A stretch of 63,877 nucleotides of DNA, filler included, from Ferroacidibacillus organovorans (GTDB lineage Bacteria > Bacillota > Bacilli > Alicyclobacillales > SLC66), in the NCBI RefSeq assembly GCF_001642725.1. It is 4 parts of 4 records of this genome, joined end to end, with 100 filler letters (N's around TTAATTAATTAA, not from the genome) between each part and the next. Parts side by side here need not be neighbours in the genome. Positions count along the whole stretch, not along the records: positions 35,264 to 52,454 come from NZ_LSUQ01000057.1; positions 52,555 to 63,877 come from NZ_LSUQ01000070.1; 2 more parts are not named here. One strand, written 5' to 3'. The notes under the pieces were generated by a model. That model was not told the origin of the DNA and made no database searches. It was given only the letters and a program-made list of their open reading frames with translations. Both the position numbers and the translations under genes were made by a program. Shown piece after piece: positions 48,165-59,388 of the stretch; within the stretch, counting starts at the first letter, position 1, and the number at the start of each line of letters is the position of its first letter.

Positions 48165-49601
48165 TCACGTGAGATCAGGCGCCACGCGGTGCATCGTCCC
48201 TTGCTCATACGCGTACGCCATGCGAATCAGCTTCGCTTCCGTAAACGCGGTCGACGTAAAGGTCACACCGAAGGGACAGCTGTTTTCAAGCTTGCCACCC
48301 GGAACGGTGATGGATGGGTATCCCGCCTTAGCCGCGATCGCAGCGCCGTAGTTTGCTGGAAACAAAAGCGCGTCAAGCGCATGCTCCCGCAAAACGTGAT
48401 CGATTCCCTCTTCGCGTGCGTAGCGCAAATCGCGAAGACGCGCCTTTAGATAGTCCGGATCGGTCAGACTCCCTGACGTCTCCTCACTCGCAAGCAAGAT
48501 CGCCTGCCCATAGCGCAACATGCGCTCTTTGTCGGCATCGTTAAACGCGATCAATTCCTTGAGACTGTGCACCGGTAGACGAGGGTCGACCTTGCGCAAA
48601 TAACTGTTGAGCGCTGACTTAAACTCATACAAGAGCACCTCGTATCCGTTCTCGCGCTTTGCGCTCAGTTCAATCGGGTCGATGACCACCGCACCAAGGC
48701 GTCGCACATCTTCGATCGCGCGCTCCATGACTGCCGCCTGTTCCGCGCTCAAGTGCTCATAGTATCCTGCCCGCGGAACGCCAAGGCGCACCCCTTCCAG
48801 TCCACGTTCCAAAAGGCACATCCGATAATCAGGCGTTGCACCGGCTGCCCCTGTCGCAGGGTCGCGCGGATCATACCCGACGATCGCCTGCAAAAGCAGC
48901 GCTGCGTCAGCCACAGTCTTTGCCATCGGGCCCGCGGTATCTTGGCTATACGCAATCGGAATAATGCCGTAGCGGCTCACAAGCCCCACCGTCGGCTTTA
49001 TGCCGACCAGCATGTTTTCAGAAGATGGACTCAAAATGGAGCCTGACGTCTCTGTACCAATCGCCGCCACGGCAAAACCTGCCGCAATCGCGGCGCCAGA
49101 GCCAGAACTCGACCCGCCAACGTCAAACGCGCCTGGCCCGTATGGATTATTGACTTGTCCCCCGCGCGAGCTATAGCCACTTGGCATCCCTTCTGCCATG
49201 AAGTTCGCCCACTCGGTCATTTTCGTCTTGCCAAGAAGGACCGCGCCCGCCGCGCGCAAGCGGCGCGCGACTTCTGCGTCCTCCAAAGCGTACGATTCTG
49301 CAAGTGCGAGAGAACCTGCACTTGTATGCATGTGATCGGCTGTATCCACGTTATCCTTAATCAGAATTGGAATGCCGTGAAGCGGTCCGCGCGCCCCTGT
49401 CCGCTGGCGTTCGCCGTCAAGTGCCGCCGCGATCGAAAACGTGTCCGGATTCCACTCTGCGACAGCATTTACCCCCGCGCCAAGCTTATCGTGCGCCGCC
49501 ACCCGCTCTGCAAATGCGGCCACAAGTTCATAGGAAGTGAGTCGGTTTTGCTGCATATCCTTTTGCAACGATTCAATGGACGCTGCGGTTACATCGATCA
49601 T
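48165..49601 (-). CDS. Amidase signature family protein
   Basis: LHGIPILIKD, GGSSSGS and GTETSGSI motifs. Confidence 0.93.
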   Translation of the reverse strand: MIDVTAASIESLQKDMQQNRLTSYELVAAFAERVAAHDKLGAGVNAVAEWNPDTFSIAAALDGERQRTGARGPLHGIPILIKDNVDTADHMHTSAGSLALAESYALEDAEVARRLRAAGAVLLGKTKMTEWANFMAEGMPSGYSSRGGQVNNPYGPGAFDVGGSSSGSGAAIAAGFAVAAIGTETSGSILSPSSENMLVGIKPTVGLVSRYGIIPIAYSQDTAGPMAKTVADAALLLQAIVGYDPRDPATGAAGATPDYRMCLLERGLEGVRLGVPRAGYYEHLSAEQAAVMERAIEDVRRLGAVVIDPIELSAKRENGYEVLLYEFKSALNSYLRKVDPRLPVHSLKELIAFNDADKERMLRYGQAILLASEETSGSLTDPDYLKARLRDLRYAREEGIDHVLREHALDALLFPANYGAAIAAKAGYPSITVPGGKLENSCPFGVTFTSTAFTEAKLIRMAYAYEQGTMHRVAPDLT

Positions 49602-49731
49602 GTTGGTGTGTCACCCGCTTTCGCGTAGAAACGATCTATGAAAATGTCGCGAGACCGTATATGATGTCCACTATATCGACTTTGGGAGCGAACTTCCACT
49701 GTGTTGTGATCGGAGCAGCCTCAGGAGGAAT

Positions 49732-50376
49732 GTGACAGTGGTCTCAACGGAACAGCGCACAGCGGCAGTCATCCTCGCGGCAGGAAAGGCTACGCGCATG
49801 GGCGTGCCAAAGGTGCTTTTGCGCGACGACGCGGACGAATACCTCTTCTCCTATGCGTTTCACGCGGCGTGGCAGGGAGGGTGCCGCCCAGTTATCGCAG
49901 TCATCAGCGAGCACAGTGCTCCACTCGCGGATGATCCCGCCTTTTCCCGCGCGCGCTTTGTGCGAAATCAGTGCGCCATAGATGGCATGGCCACAAGCCT
50001 GCGGGCAGGTGTGGACGCGGTGCCAAGCGACGTAAGCAGCGTCATGATCCTGCTCGCCGATCAGCCGTTTGTTACGAGTGAGCTGATCGCACGTCTACGC
50101 GCCGCGCATGTACAGCACCCTGGGTGCGCAGTAATCCGCCCTGTCTTTGTCGACGTGCCCGGCCACCCGATCCTCTTTTCATCCCGCCTCATGAAAGAGC
50201 TTCGCGCGTGCCAGGGGGACGTTGGCGCGCGCCACCTGTTGCGCCGCTATGAAAAAAATACGTTGACCATTCTCGCGCCTAAAGACACGCGAGCACTTGA
50301 CATCGATACACCGGAAGACTTTGCCCAGTACAAAAGGATACGTGCGTCTCTGTACACGGATCATCCGATGGATTAA
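49732..50376 (+). CDS. Molybdenum cofactor cytidylyltransferase-like NTP transferase (MocA type)
   Basis: ILAAG..RMG.PK, LADQP, GHP, GD.GAR and DIDTPED motifs. Confidence 0.88.
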   Translation: MTVVSTEQRTAAVILAAGKATRMGVPKVLLRDDADEYLFSYAFHAAWQGGCRPVIAVISEHSAPLADDPAFSRARFVRNQCAIDGMATSLRAGVDAVPSDVSSVMILLADQPFVTSELIARLRAAHVQHPGCAVIRPVFVDVPGHPILFSSRLMKELRACQGDVGARHLLRRYEKNTLTILAPKDTRALDIDTPEDFAQYKRIRASLYTDHPMD

Positions 50377-51527
50377 CGCAGACCTGCCAAATAGGCGTCT
50401 GTCAGTTCATAAAACGTTTGTGCGCTGTACGCGACGGTAGCGCTTCGCCGCAAATGCGCAACCCCGCGCGGCGCGTCCACATCGTTTTCCGGGATGACAC
50501 CGGGATAGATCCAGACGAGCGGATGAGCACGCAGCGCAAGTGCGCGCACCGCTTTTGAAAAGGCGTCCTCACTCCCAGTGAAAAGGCCGTCTGTTACGAG
50601 CCACACTTGTGCCGCGCGTTGTAAAAGCGGTTTTCCTTCGCGGCGCATAAAGCGGGTGAGCGACTCCGTCAGGCGCGTACCACCCTCTGCGTCTTTAGCC
50701 ACTCGATACGCATCGCAAAGCGCACGGTCCCGCGCCTGCGCGGAGAGCACGCGCGTCAAGCGTGTCAACTCGACGCTAAACGCAAACACTTCCACCTGTT
50801 TACTACGGCTCACAAGCGTTTGTGCAAAGCGCAAAAGCGTCCGCGTAAACGGCGCCATCGAACCGCTCAGATCAAGCAGTAGAATGAGCGGTTTTTTGCT
50901 GCGTATACGCGACGCATAGAACAGGTCCGTAAGCTCGCTTATCGTGCGCGAACGGCGAATACTCTCGCCGAGCAAGACACGCTTTCCGCGCCGCGCCACT
51001 TTAATCCGCCTGCTGAAGCGCAGCGGAAAGGCGAGTTGCTGTTGAAAACGCGTCATCTCCTTTTGTTCCCACGCAGTGAGTGAAACGTATGCTGAGCGCT
51101 GTGTTGCCGCAAACACACTCGCTCCGACCTGTCGGGAAAGCGGTTCCCCCGGCGCGTGCTCGCTCACATCGCCGCGAGGTGATGAGAAAAAGAGCTGTGG
51201 ATGGCGATGCTTTTCCTGGCGGAAGCGAGCGACATTTGCCGTCAGGGTGTTTTGGGCGAGCCGCGTGTCCTTGACGCCGCGCAGGCTTAAAAGAAACTGG
51301 CGAAACGCCGCCTCAAACAAGGGCATTTGCCCGTGTGACTTTACAAGCGTTGCCGCGAGTGCGCTACGCAGAATGAGCGGATTGGAAAATTCGACGAGCG
51401 CGACGCTCTGCAGCGCCATCTCCTCTTCCTCTGTGCTGATCTGAAACCCAAGCATTTTTAGAGAGCGACAAAAGAGCATGAGATTGCGAAGCGCCTGCCC
51501 GTCTGACAGATTCGCCTGGTCACTCAG
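50373..51527 (-). CDS. VWA domain CoxE-like protein
   Basis: DLSGSM MIDAS, GGTR and TDG motifs. The frame extends from the ATG at 51479 to a CTG at 51527 that has a GGAGGTG RBS. Confidence 0.8.
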   Translation of the reverse strand: MSDQANLSDGQALRNLMLFCRSLKMLGFQISTEEEEMALQSVALVEFSNPLILRSALAATLVKSHGQMPLFEAAFRQFLLSLRGVKDTRLAQNTLTANVARFRQEKHRHPQLFFSSPRGDVSEHAPGEPLSRQVGASVFAATQRSAYVSLTAWEQKEMTRFQQQLAFPLRFSRRIKVARRGKRVLLGESIRRSRTISELTDLFYASRIRSKKPLILLLDLSGSMAPFTRTLLRFAQTLVSRSKQVEVFAFSVELTRLTRVLSAQARDRALCDAYRVAKDAEGGTRLTESLTRFMRREGKPLLQRAAQVWLVTDGLFTGSEDAFSKAVRALALRAHPLVWIYPGVIPENDVDAPRGVAHLRRSATVAYSAQTFYELTDAYLAGLR

Positions 51528-51531
51528 ACGC

Positions 51532-52443
51532 TTACACCTCCGCGAGCAGGTGCGCCACGCGCGCGCGCCCCTGCTCCCCAGTCAAAAGTTCAAGGTCGTC
51601 CCGATACTTCAAAAGGCAGCCGATCGTGTCGCAGAGCACCGCTTCATCCAGGACGCGAACATGTAGCGCTTCGAGCGCCTGGGCAAAATAGATCGTTTCA
51701 GCGAGTCCCGGCACTTTGTAAAGCGGCTCCTCGCGCAAACGCTGGATAAACAGGCACAGGGAGCGCGTCAGGGACTGCGCTAGGTTTGGGACATGCTCCG
51801 TAACGATGCGCAATTCCTTTTCAATCGTCGGATAATCGATCCAGTAATAGAGACAGCGCCGTTTTAACGCGTCATGCATCTCGCGCGTGCGATTGGAAGT
51901 CAGGATGACCAGCGGTTTTTCCGTTGCGTGAATCGTCCCAAGCTCTGGGATGGTCACTTGAAACTCGGCCAACAGTTCAAGCAAAAACGCTTCGAATTCT
52001 ACGTCACTGCGATCCACCTCGTCGATCAACAGCACAGGCGCAGGCGTTGTCGAGATGGCTTGTAGGAGGGGGCGCCGAAGCAGAAAACGCTCACTGTACA
52101 CCTCTTTTTCGACACGCTCTTCCCACGATTCATCTTCGTGATCGCCCTTCCCGGCCTCGCGCAATCGAATATGCAAGAGTTGGCGCGCGTAATTCCAATC
52201 GTACAGCGCCGTCTGCCGATCGATCCCCTCATAACACTGCAAGCGAAGGAGCGGGCGTGAGAGTGCATCCGCAAGCGTTTTGGCAATCTCCGTTTTTCCG
52301 ACACCCGCCTCACCTTCGAGAAAAAGAGGGCGCTCCAGGCGCAACGCGAGAAACACAGCCGTACACAGGCTGCGCTCCGCGATGTAGCCGTGCGCCACAA
52401 GCAATTCTTCCACTTGTTCAACCGACTCAAGCAAAACCTTCAT
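51532..52443 (-). CDS. MoxR-type AAA ATPase, CoxD-like
   Basis: LEGEAGVGKT, RLQCYEG, LLIDEVDR and DALKRRC motifs. Confidence 0.9.
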   Translation of the reverse strand: MKVLLESVEQVEELLVAHGYIAERSLCTAVFLALRLERPLFLEGEAGVGKTEIAKTLADALSRPLLRLQCYEGIDRQTALYDWNYARQLLHIRLREAGKGDHEDESWEERVEKEVYSERFLLRRPLLQAISTTPAPVLLIDEVDRSDVEFEAFLLELLAEFQVTIPELGTIHATEKPLVILTSNRTREMHDALKRRCLYYWIDYPTIEKELRIVTEHVPNLAQSLTRSLCLFIQRLREEPLYKVPGLAETIYFAQALEALHVRVLDEAVLCDTIGCLLKYRDDLELLTGEQGRARVAHLLAEV

Positions 52444-52454
52444 CTACAGGCAGC

Positions 52455-52554
52455 NNNNNNNNNNNNNNNNNNNNNNNNNNNNNNNNNNNNNNNNNNNNTT
52501 AATTAATTAANNNNNNNNNNNNNNNNNNNNNNNNNNNNNNNNNNNNNNNNNNNN
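52455..52554. other. Artificial contig-join spacer
   Basis: N run + TTAATTAATTAA + N run. Confidence 0.97.
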
Positions 52555-54682
52555 CATCTACACCATCCCGCACGGTGCGCGCAAAGGCGATCACGTTCTG
52601 GTGCGCGTACAGCGGGAGGTAGGCACCCTGTTGCAACACCGGATGGGCGTTTCGAATCGCGCCAAGCAGTCTGTAATGTGAAAGCAACGCCGCGTTCGGA
52701 TGACCCCACGGATACGTTCCGCGGTCAAGCGGATCTTTGAATCCAATCAGACCCGCTTCGTCTCCATAATAAATGGACGGCACCCCAACAAACCCATACT
52801 GAAAATCGGTCACCAACTCAAGCTTTTTCACACCGTTTGCCACTTGTGCAGGCGTTGGTTTCCACGTCGCTTGCGCGTAGGCGCTGAGCTGACTATAATT
52901 CGGCGCTCCTTCAAGAATCGTCAGGATACGCTCCACATCCTGTGAACTCAGCAGGTTCATCTCTGCGTACATCGCAGGCGTCGGGTACGACTGCAACATC
53001 TGCATCATCGTATCGTTAAACTGGCTCGCACTCATCGCATAATTCTGAACGGACCCGTCGTCATAGTTTCCGCGAAAAAATGAAATCACGGCGTTGCGAA
53101 ACGGATAGTTCATCGTGCTGTCCCAGGTTGTTCCGGTCATCCAGTCGACACCGCCGTCATTGGTCGGGTTGTTCCAATCCTCGCCAATGATCGCGGCATT
53201 TGGGTCAACTTTTTTTACTGCGTTGCGAAACGCCGTCCACCACGCGACCGAGAAATTGCTGTTATTCGCAGAGTCAAGTCGCCAACCCGAAGCGCCAAGC
53301 GAGAGCCAGTATGCCGCCACAGAATTGGTTGCAGGGTTTTTTCGATGCGCTTTATCATACATGCCATAGATGAAGTTCTGATAGGACTTATTCTGCGTAT
53401 TGGTTTGCGGTAGCGTGTCGACTCCAGACCACCCGATGTAAGGTGGATTGTTGCCAGGAGACCACTCATACCATGATGAATAAGGGGATTTTCTTTTGGG
53501 ATTTTGGTAGCTCTGCCACGCACCAATTCCTGGGTAGGTTCCGAATTTGTTAAAATAAAGGCTATCGCTCCCCGTATCTTCGAAAACACCGTCAAGGATG
53601 AGATGAATACCCATTTTATGCGCATCTTTCGCGAGCGTAACATACGTTTTTAATGTCCCGAAACTCGGGTCGATCATTTTAAAATTGCCTGTATCGTATT
53701 TGTGATTAGACTCCGACTGAAAAATTGGCGTTAAATAGAGTGTATTGACACCGAGCGATTTTAAGTAGCCAAGCTTATCGATGATGCCGCGAAGGTCGCC
53801 TCCATAGAAATCTGTACTGAAATTCCCATCGCCACGCAGTGCTACTTCTTTTAAATCATTCTTGCTGTTGACGTTAACGACAATGTTTGGATCATACGGT
53901 GTGCTGTTCCAGTTTTTGTGGAACTGAATCGGTACAAGTGTCTCCCCTTGCGACCCTTGGCCGATAGCAAGATTTTTCGTTGGACTGGGATCATTCGCTT
54001 TATTTCCATTATCGAAGCGATCTACAAAAATTTCATAGATGATTCCATGCCGCAGCCATGACGGGGTCACAAACGTGTGATCGTAAACGGTTAGGTTATA
54101 CCCGATCAACAGATTCGGATCGGTTGCAATGCTTCCCGCACCGCCATACCCATTTCCATTGTTACCATAGTACGCCACGGAGCGCCCCTCTTGAACCTGA
54201 AACATGTACGATTCGACAGTGGGCTTTCGTAGATCGAAAGCAGGGATGACCCCTTCGTAGAAGACTGTCGTCGCATGAGATGAAACGCCGTGTGAAGCGG
54301 CATTCACCGAGCGTTCGCGATGCATTTTAATCGAAACAGACGCGCCCGCGATACCGTTTACATTAGAAAGAAGAATCGCGGCGCCTGTCATCGCTTGCGG
54401 GCCCGCGATTCGCAAAACCACCGACGAATCGGTAGGTACTGCATAAAACGGATTGCGATAAAACGTATCAAATGAATTGCTATAAACGTGGTTATACCAT
54501 GGTGAAGACGCGGCACGTTCACCATAATTTCTTATACTTTTGGCTTGCGCGATAGCGCGCAACGGCGCATCCCACGCGGCTGACACTAGCGTCAGAAAAG
54601 CGAGCGTGAGCGATGTTCCGGCGAACTGAAAACGCTTTATAAACCTCGTCCTTGCATCCGTTGAATTTGCTTTTCGGTTCAT
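52555..54682 (-). CDS. Secreted GH13 alpha-amylase / amylopullulanase (3' end lost at the gap)
   Basis: Signal peptide, YEIFVDRF, GGDL.G, SNHKYDT, GWRLD and IGEDW motifs. Confidence 0.9.
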
Positions 54683-54738
54683 CTCATCGTAACCCCTTTA
54701 TCTCTTTCCATCTCGCAGCTAGCATATTTTTAGTTCGC

Positions 54739-54750
54739 GCAAACGTTTGC
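54739..54750. promoter_or_regulatory. LacI-family operator upstream of the amylase
   Basis: Perfect palindrome GCAAACGTTTGC, about 57 bp before the start codon. Confidence 0.65.
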
Positions 54751-54935
54751 ACAAACAAAACATCAACCATTCCTAAAGTAAACGTAACACATACCGATCA
54801 GCCTTTCTAGTCAAATTCGGCGTATTTGTGGAAGATTCGCAGAAAAAAGATTCGCTTTTTGTGAGAAGCGAATCTTCGACGTTAATGATTCTCTTTTAAC
54901 TAAATCTCATTGATTTGTAAACGCGCCACTCGTGT

Positions 54936-55883
54936 TTACTCTGCTGCAAAGCGCGCGCCCATTCGATAAGGTGCGAGAACAGCATACACCGCTTGATGCC
55001 ACGGTGTCGCGATCCCTTCTTCGCGCGCCATGTCAATCAGTGCGCCTTGCAGGCTGTCTACCTCAAGTGGCAACCCTTTTGCCAGATCGCGATGAAGCGA
55101 TGACGTCATGTTGGGATCGATTTGATCGAGCCTTTGCATCATGACGTCAACCATGTGATCCGTTAGCCCAATCTGACGCGCTTTTGCGACAGCAAGCAAT
55201 TCCTCAACCATCCCCTGATAGAGGTTGCGCGTGGCGGGTGTCGACGCCGTTACCCCAATGGGTGCCCGCGTGCTTGCGGTCACCCCGCTAAACGCGCAAA
55301 GAAATACGTATTTCTTCCACATCTCCCTCATGATTTCTTGATGGAGAAGTCCAGGAAATCCGGCGTTTGTAAACACATCCTGCAAACGTAAAAGCAGGTC
55401 AGGAAGATCTTCACGAACGGTTTGTGCGCCGCGCAACGGGCCAAACACCAAATCGCGAATGTCACTCGTCTGCACGACATGACCGCGTTCATCAAGCGTC
55501 ACTTCAATATAGCAAGAACCTCCGAGCAGATGGCCAGGATCAACGGCATTCATGAGTTCATCCATATGCCTCACGCCATTCAGTAGAGGCAACAAGACCA
55601 CACCTTTTTTAGCGAGCGCCTTAAGATCAGGCAAGGCGTTTGTAAGGTGATAATTTTTTACGGCAAGCAAGAGCACATCGACATCTTCCATATCAGCGAT
55701 GGATGTTGTGACAACCGGATCAATTGAAAAGTCACCGTGCACGCTACGCACAGAAAATCCTTCTTTTTGAAGTTGCGCCGCGCGCGCAGGACGAACGAGA
55801 AAGCGAACGTCCACGCCAGATTTCGCGAGTAGACCGCCAAAATATCCACCTACCGCGCCGGCGCCCATCACACCCATTTTCAC
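54936..55883 (-). CDS. panE: 2-dehydropantoate 2-reductase
   Basis: GAGAVGG, LLNG, MWKK and SSL..D...G...E motifs. Confidence 0.88.
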   Translation of the reverse strand: MKMGVMGAGAVGGYFGGLLAKSGVDVRFLVRPARAAQLQKEGFSVRSVHGDFSIDPVVTTSIADMEDVDVLLLAVKNYHLTNALPDLKALAKKGVVLLPLLNGVRHMDELMNAVDPGHLLGGSCYIEVTLDERGHVVQTSDIRDLVFGPLRGAQTVREDLPDLLLRLQDVFTNAGFPGLLHQEIMREMWKKYVFLCAFSGVTASTRAPIGVTASTPATRNLYQGMVEELLAVAKARQIGLTDHMVDVMMQRLDQIDPNMTSSLHRDLAKGLPLEVDSLQGALIDMAREEGIATPWHQAVYAVLAPYRMGARFAAE

Positions 55884-55929
55884 AAAGAATCCCCCTGTCT
55901 CATTTCATTGTGACAAAGCGCAGTGAGCA

Positions 55930-58900
55930 TCACATCTGCTCCTCATCCATATCCACAGTAAAATAGCGTGCCTCTGGGTGCGAAAACACCATGGCGGAAA
56001 CGGACGCCTCTGGATCCATCATAAACCCTTCTGTCAGTTCTACGCCGATCTCTTCTGGCCGCAAAAGACGAAACAGCAGCTTTTGATCATCGAGACGCGG
56101 GCACGCCGGATAACCAAACGATACGCGAATCCCCTGATAGCGCGCAATGAATCGCTCACGCATCGTAAGCTCTAACGGATCCGGAAAACCCCAACCGTCG
56201 CGCAGCATGTGATGCAAACGCTCGGCAAACGATTCGGCCAGTTCTAAGGCAAGCGCCTGCACCGCGTGGGAACGCAAATAGTCGCCTTGCTCGCGAAGCT
56301 TCGTTGAATAATCGCGAATGCCTGCCCCCGTCGTCACTGTGAGAAATGCGACATAATCCATGACACCCTGTTCGCGCGGACGCAAAAAATCTGCGAGACA
56401 AAGGTGCAGGTCCCTTTTTTGCCGAGGAAAATCAAACGTTTCAAGCAGCCGCGTATGATCAGCAGGATCAAAGATAAGGATGCGATCACCGTCCGCCTGC
56501 GCCGGAAAAAACTGGTACACAGCGTTTGCAGTGATCAGTCGATCTCGTTTCGCCTCTGCCAACAGATCATCCATCATCTCTTTTAGCTCTACGATTTTGG
56601 GCTCTCGATCGACGAGACGTTTCTCAACATTTCCGCGGTACCCCATGTGTTTACCAAGCAGCATCTGCCAGTTGATATAAGGTTCAAGGAAAGAGAGCGG
56701 ATAATCGCGCAAGACATGGCGCGCAAAATCAGGCGGTGTAAAAACTGGCGCATTGCGAGAAATGACAGACTCAGAAGAGCGGTTTTGCGGCGCTGCAATC
56801 ACTGGTCCACTCGATCTCATCACGTCAGATTTCACACTCTGACGCAGCGAGGAGATCAGTGATTCGCGCAACTCTTCGTTGCTGAGTCGATTCGCAAGAT
56901 CGAGCCCATCCATCGCGTCTTTTGCGTAAAGGACCAATCCTCCATACTCCGGCGCAATGCGCGTTTCTGTAAACTTCTTGGTGAGCGCCGCGCCGCCCAC
57001 GAGCAGTGGAACGTCAATCCCCGCTTGCTGCATGTCCTGCGCCGTGATCACCATCTGCTGCGCCGATTTGACGAGCAGTCCGGATAGGCCGATCGCATCT
57101 GGTTTTTCGCGATGAAACGCTTCAATCAGAACCTCAGGTGGAACTTTGATCCCGAGGTTTACGACACGGTATCCGTTGTTTGAAAGGATGATTTCAACGA
57201 GATTTTTTCCAATGTCGTGAACATCCCCCTTCACGGTCGCAAGCAGAATCTTTCCCTTGACGGCAGAATCCGCGCGCTCCATGAACGGTTCGAGAAAGGA
57301 AACGGCCGCCTTCATCGCTTCTGCGCTTTGTAGCACCTCCGCGACGATCAATTCATTGTTGTTAAACAGGCGCCCAACCGTCTCCATGCCTTTCATGAGC
57401 GGCCCATTGATGATCGCGAGTGGCTCCTGCGTCAAAAGCGCTTCTTCCAGATCGCGAGTCAACCCGTCTTTTGTTCCTTCGACAATGTAGTGCGAGAGTC
57501 GCTCTTCGAGTGGAAGCGTTTCAACAGCGGCCGCAGTAGTCGGTTTTTTCTCGCGATAAAACGCCGTAAATTGAGCCACATTCACTTCCGAGTTGTCAAA
57601 GAGCAACCGTTCGGCGAGCTCCCTCTCCGCTTGATCAATGGACGCATAGCGCTCCAGTTTCTCCGTATTCACAATCGCAAAATCGAGCCCTGCCTTCGTG
57701 CAGTGATAAAGAAAAACCGCATTTAAAACCTCTCTACCTGCAGCGGGTAATCCAAATGATACATTGCTAATGCCAAGGATTGTGTGACAGCGCGGTAGTT
57801 TTTCCTTGATCAGGCGTATGCCTTCAATCGTCTCTTGTGCTGCACCGAGATAATTGACATCACCCGTACCTACGGGAAAAACCAATGGGTCAAAAATAAG
57901 ATCGTCCGGGCTTACACCGTATTGTTCAACCAGCAGTTGATAAGAGCGGAGCGCGACTTCAATCTTTCGTTCACGCGTTACCGCCATCCCTAACTCATCA
58001 ATCACGCCGACAACGATCGCGGCGCCAAAGCGGTGAATGAGCGGAACGACCTCATCAAAACGCTTCAATCCATCTTCCAGATTGATCGAATTCAAGACCG
58101 CCTTGCCCTGCGAATACTTGAGGCCGACTTCCATCACGTGCGGATCGGTCGAATCGATCATCAGCGGAGCCTTTGTCTTTTTTGCGACAAACTGGAGAAA
58201 GAGTTCCATATCCTCGACTTCATTGCGATCTGGGTCGGCCAGACACACATCGATGATCTGCGCGCCTTTTTTCACCTGCTGTCGAGCAACCTCACTCGCG
58301 TCTTCATAACGCCCATTGACGATCAAGTTTTTAAACTTGCGCGACCCGATGACATTGGTGCGCTCCCCCACCAGCAGTGGCCGATTCTCTGGTTCGATAA
58401 ACACCGGTTCAATGCCCGAGACCCCGGGCGTATGGTGATCCTTTCTGGCGCGCGGCGCAAGAGTGGAGAGTGTCTCATTCAATGCCCGAATATGCTCGGG
58501 TGTCGTGCCACAACACCCTCCTGCGATATTGATCCAACCCTGTTGCGCGAAGTCAGCCATTTTTTTTGCGAGACCGTTTGGCGTCTCGTGATAGTGCCCA
58601 TCCTCATCTGGCAGTCCGGCATTTGGATAGCAACTGACAAACGAGGTTGCAAGATCTGCCAGTGTGCGAAGGTGATCGCGCATAAACTCAGGTCCTGTCG
58701 CACAGTTCAATCCCACAGAGATTGGCTTGACGTGTTCAATCGACAAGTAAAACGCCTCGATATTTTGTCCGGCAAGCGTCGTTCCCATCGGTTCGATCGT
58801 CCCAGAGATCATCACAGGCACCTCGCGATTCACCCGGGCAAACGCGCGCCGAATTCCGATGCCACCTGCTTTGACATTAAGCATGTCCTGTGCGGTTTCA

Positions 58901-59388
58901 AGAAGAAGCGCGTCGACGCCTCCTTCAAGCAGCGCCAGCGCTTGCTCCTCATAGTTATCCGTAAGAATATCAAACGTTGTGCCACCCGTTACCGAGAGCG
59001 TCTTTGTCGTCGGCCCCATCGCGCCGACGACAAAACGCGGCTTTAGCGACGTCGACTTAGCGTCAGCCGCCGCGCGTGCAATGCGCGCCGCGGCGAGATT
59101 CACTTCGCGCGCGCGCTCTGCCAAGCCATACTCCGCGAGAACCAGCGACGTCGCGCCAAACGTGTTTGTTTCAATCAAGTCGGAACCGGCATCGAGATAC
59201 GCGTCGTGAATCGCACGAATCAAATCAGGCCGCGTCAGATTCAACCACTCATTGCATCCGTCATACGCCGCACCACCAAAGTCATCTTCGTGCAAATTAT
59301 AGTTTTGAATCATGGTTCCCATCGCGCCATCCATGATAAGAATGCGTTTTTGCAATTGATGTTCGAGCTCAGATGATTTCATACCCAT
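55930..59388 (-). CDS. metH: B12-dependent methionine synthase
   Basis: DGAMGT, GGCCGT, GERTN, GDVHDIG cobalamin motif and GYPACP. Confidence 0.97.
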   Translation of the reverse strand: MGMKSSELEHQLQKRILIMDGAMGTMIQNYNLHEDDFGGAAYDGCNEWLNLTRPDLIRAIHDAYLDAGSDLIETNTFGATSLVLAEYGLAERAREVNLAAARIARAAADAKSTSLKPRFVVGAMGPTTKTLSVTGGTTFDILTDNYEEQALALLEGGVDALLLETAQDMLNVKAGGIGIRRAFARVNREVPVMISGTIEPMGTTLAGQNIEAFYLSIEHVKPISVGLNCATGPEFMRDHLRTLADLATSFVSCYPNAGLPDEDGHYHETPNGLAKKMADFAQQGWINIAGGCCGTTPEHIRALNETLSTLAPRARKDHHTPGVSGIEPVFIEPENRPLLVGERTNVIGSRKFKNLIVNGRYEDASEVARQQVKKGAQIIDVCLADPDRNEVEDMELFLQFVAKKTKAPLMIDSTDPHVMEVGLKYSQGKAVLNSINLEDGLKRFDEVVPLIHRFGAAIVVGVIDELGMAVTRERKIEVALRSYQLLVEQYGVSPDDLIFDPLVFPVGTGDVNYLGAAQETIEGIRLIKEKLPRCHTILGISNVSFGLPAAGREVLNAVFLYHCTKAGLDFAIVNTEKLERYASIDQAERELAERLLFDNSEVNVAQFTAFYREKKPTTAAAVETLPLEERLSHYIVEGTKDGLTRDLEEALLTQEPLAIINGPLMKGMETVGRLFNNNELIVAEVLQSAEAMKAAVSFLEPFMERADSAVKGKILLATVKGDVHDIGKNLVEIILSNNGYRVVNLGIKVPPEVLIEAFHREKPDAIGLSGLLVKSAQQMVITAQDMQQAGIDVPLLVGGAALTKKFTETRIAPEYGGLVLYAKDAMDGLDLANRLSNEELRESLISSLRQSVKSDVMRSSGPVIAAPQNRSSESVISRNAPVFTPPDFARHVLRDYPLSFLEPYINWQMLLGKHMGYRGNVEKRLVDREPKIVELKEMMDDLLAEAKRDRLITANAVYQFFPAQADGDRILIFDPADHTRLLETFDFPRQKRDLHLCLADFLRPREQGVMDYVAFLTVTTGAGIRDYSTKLREQGDYLRSHAVQALALELAESFAERLHHMLRDGWGFPDPLELTMRERFIARYQGIRVSFGYPACPRLDDQKLLFRLLRPEEIGVELTEGFMMDPEASVSAMVFSHPEARYFTVDMDEEQM

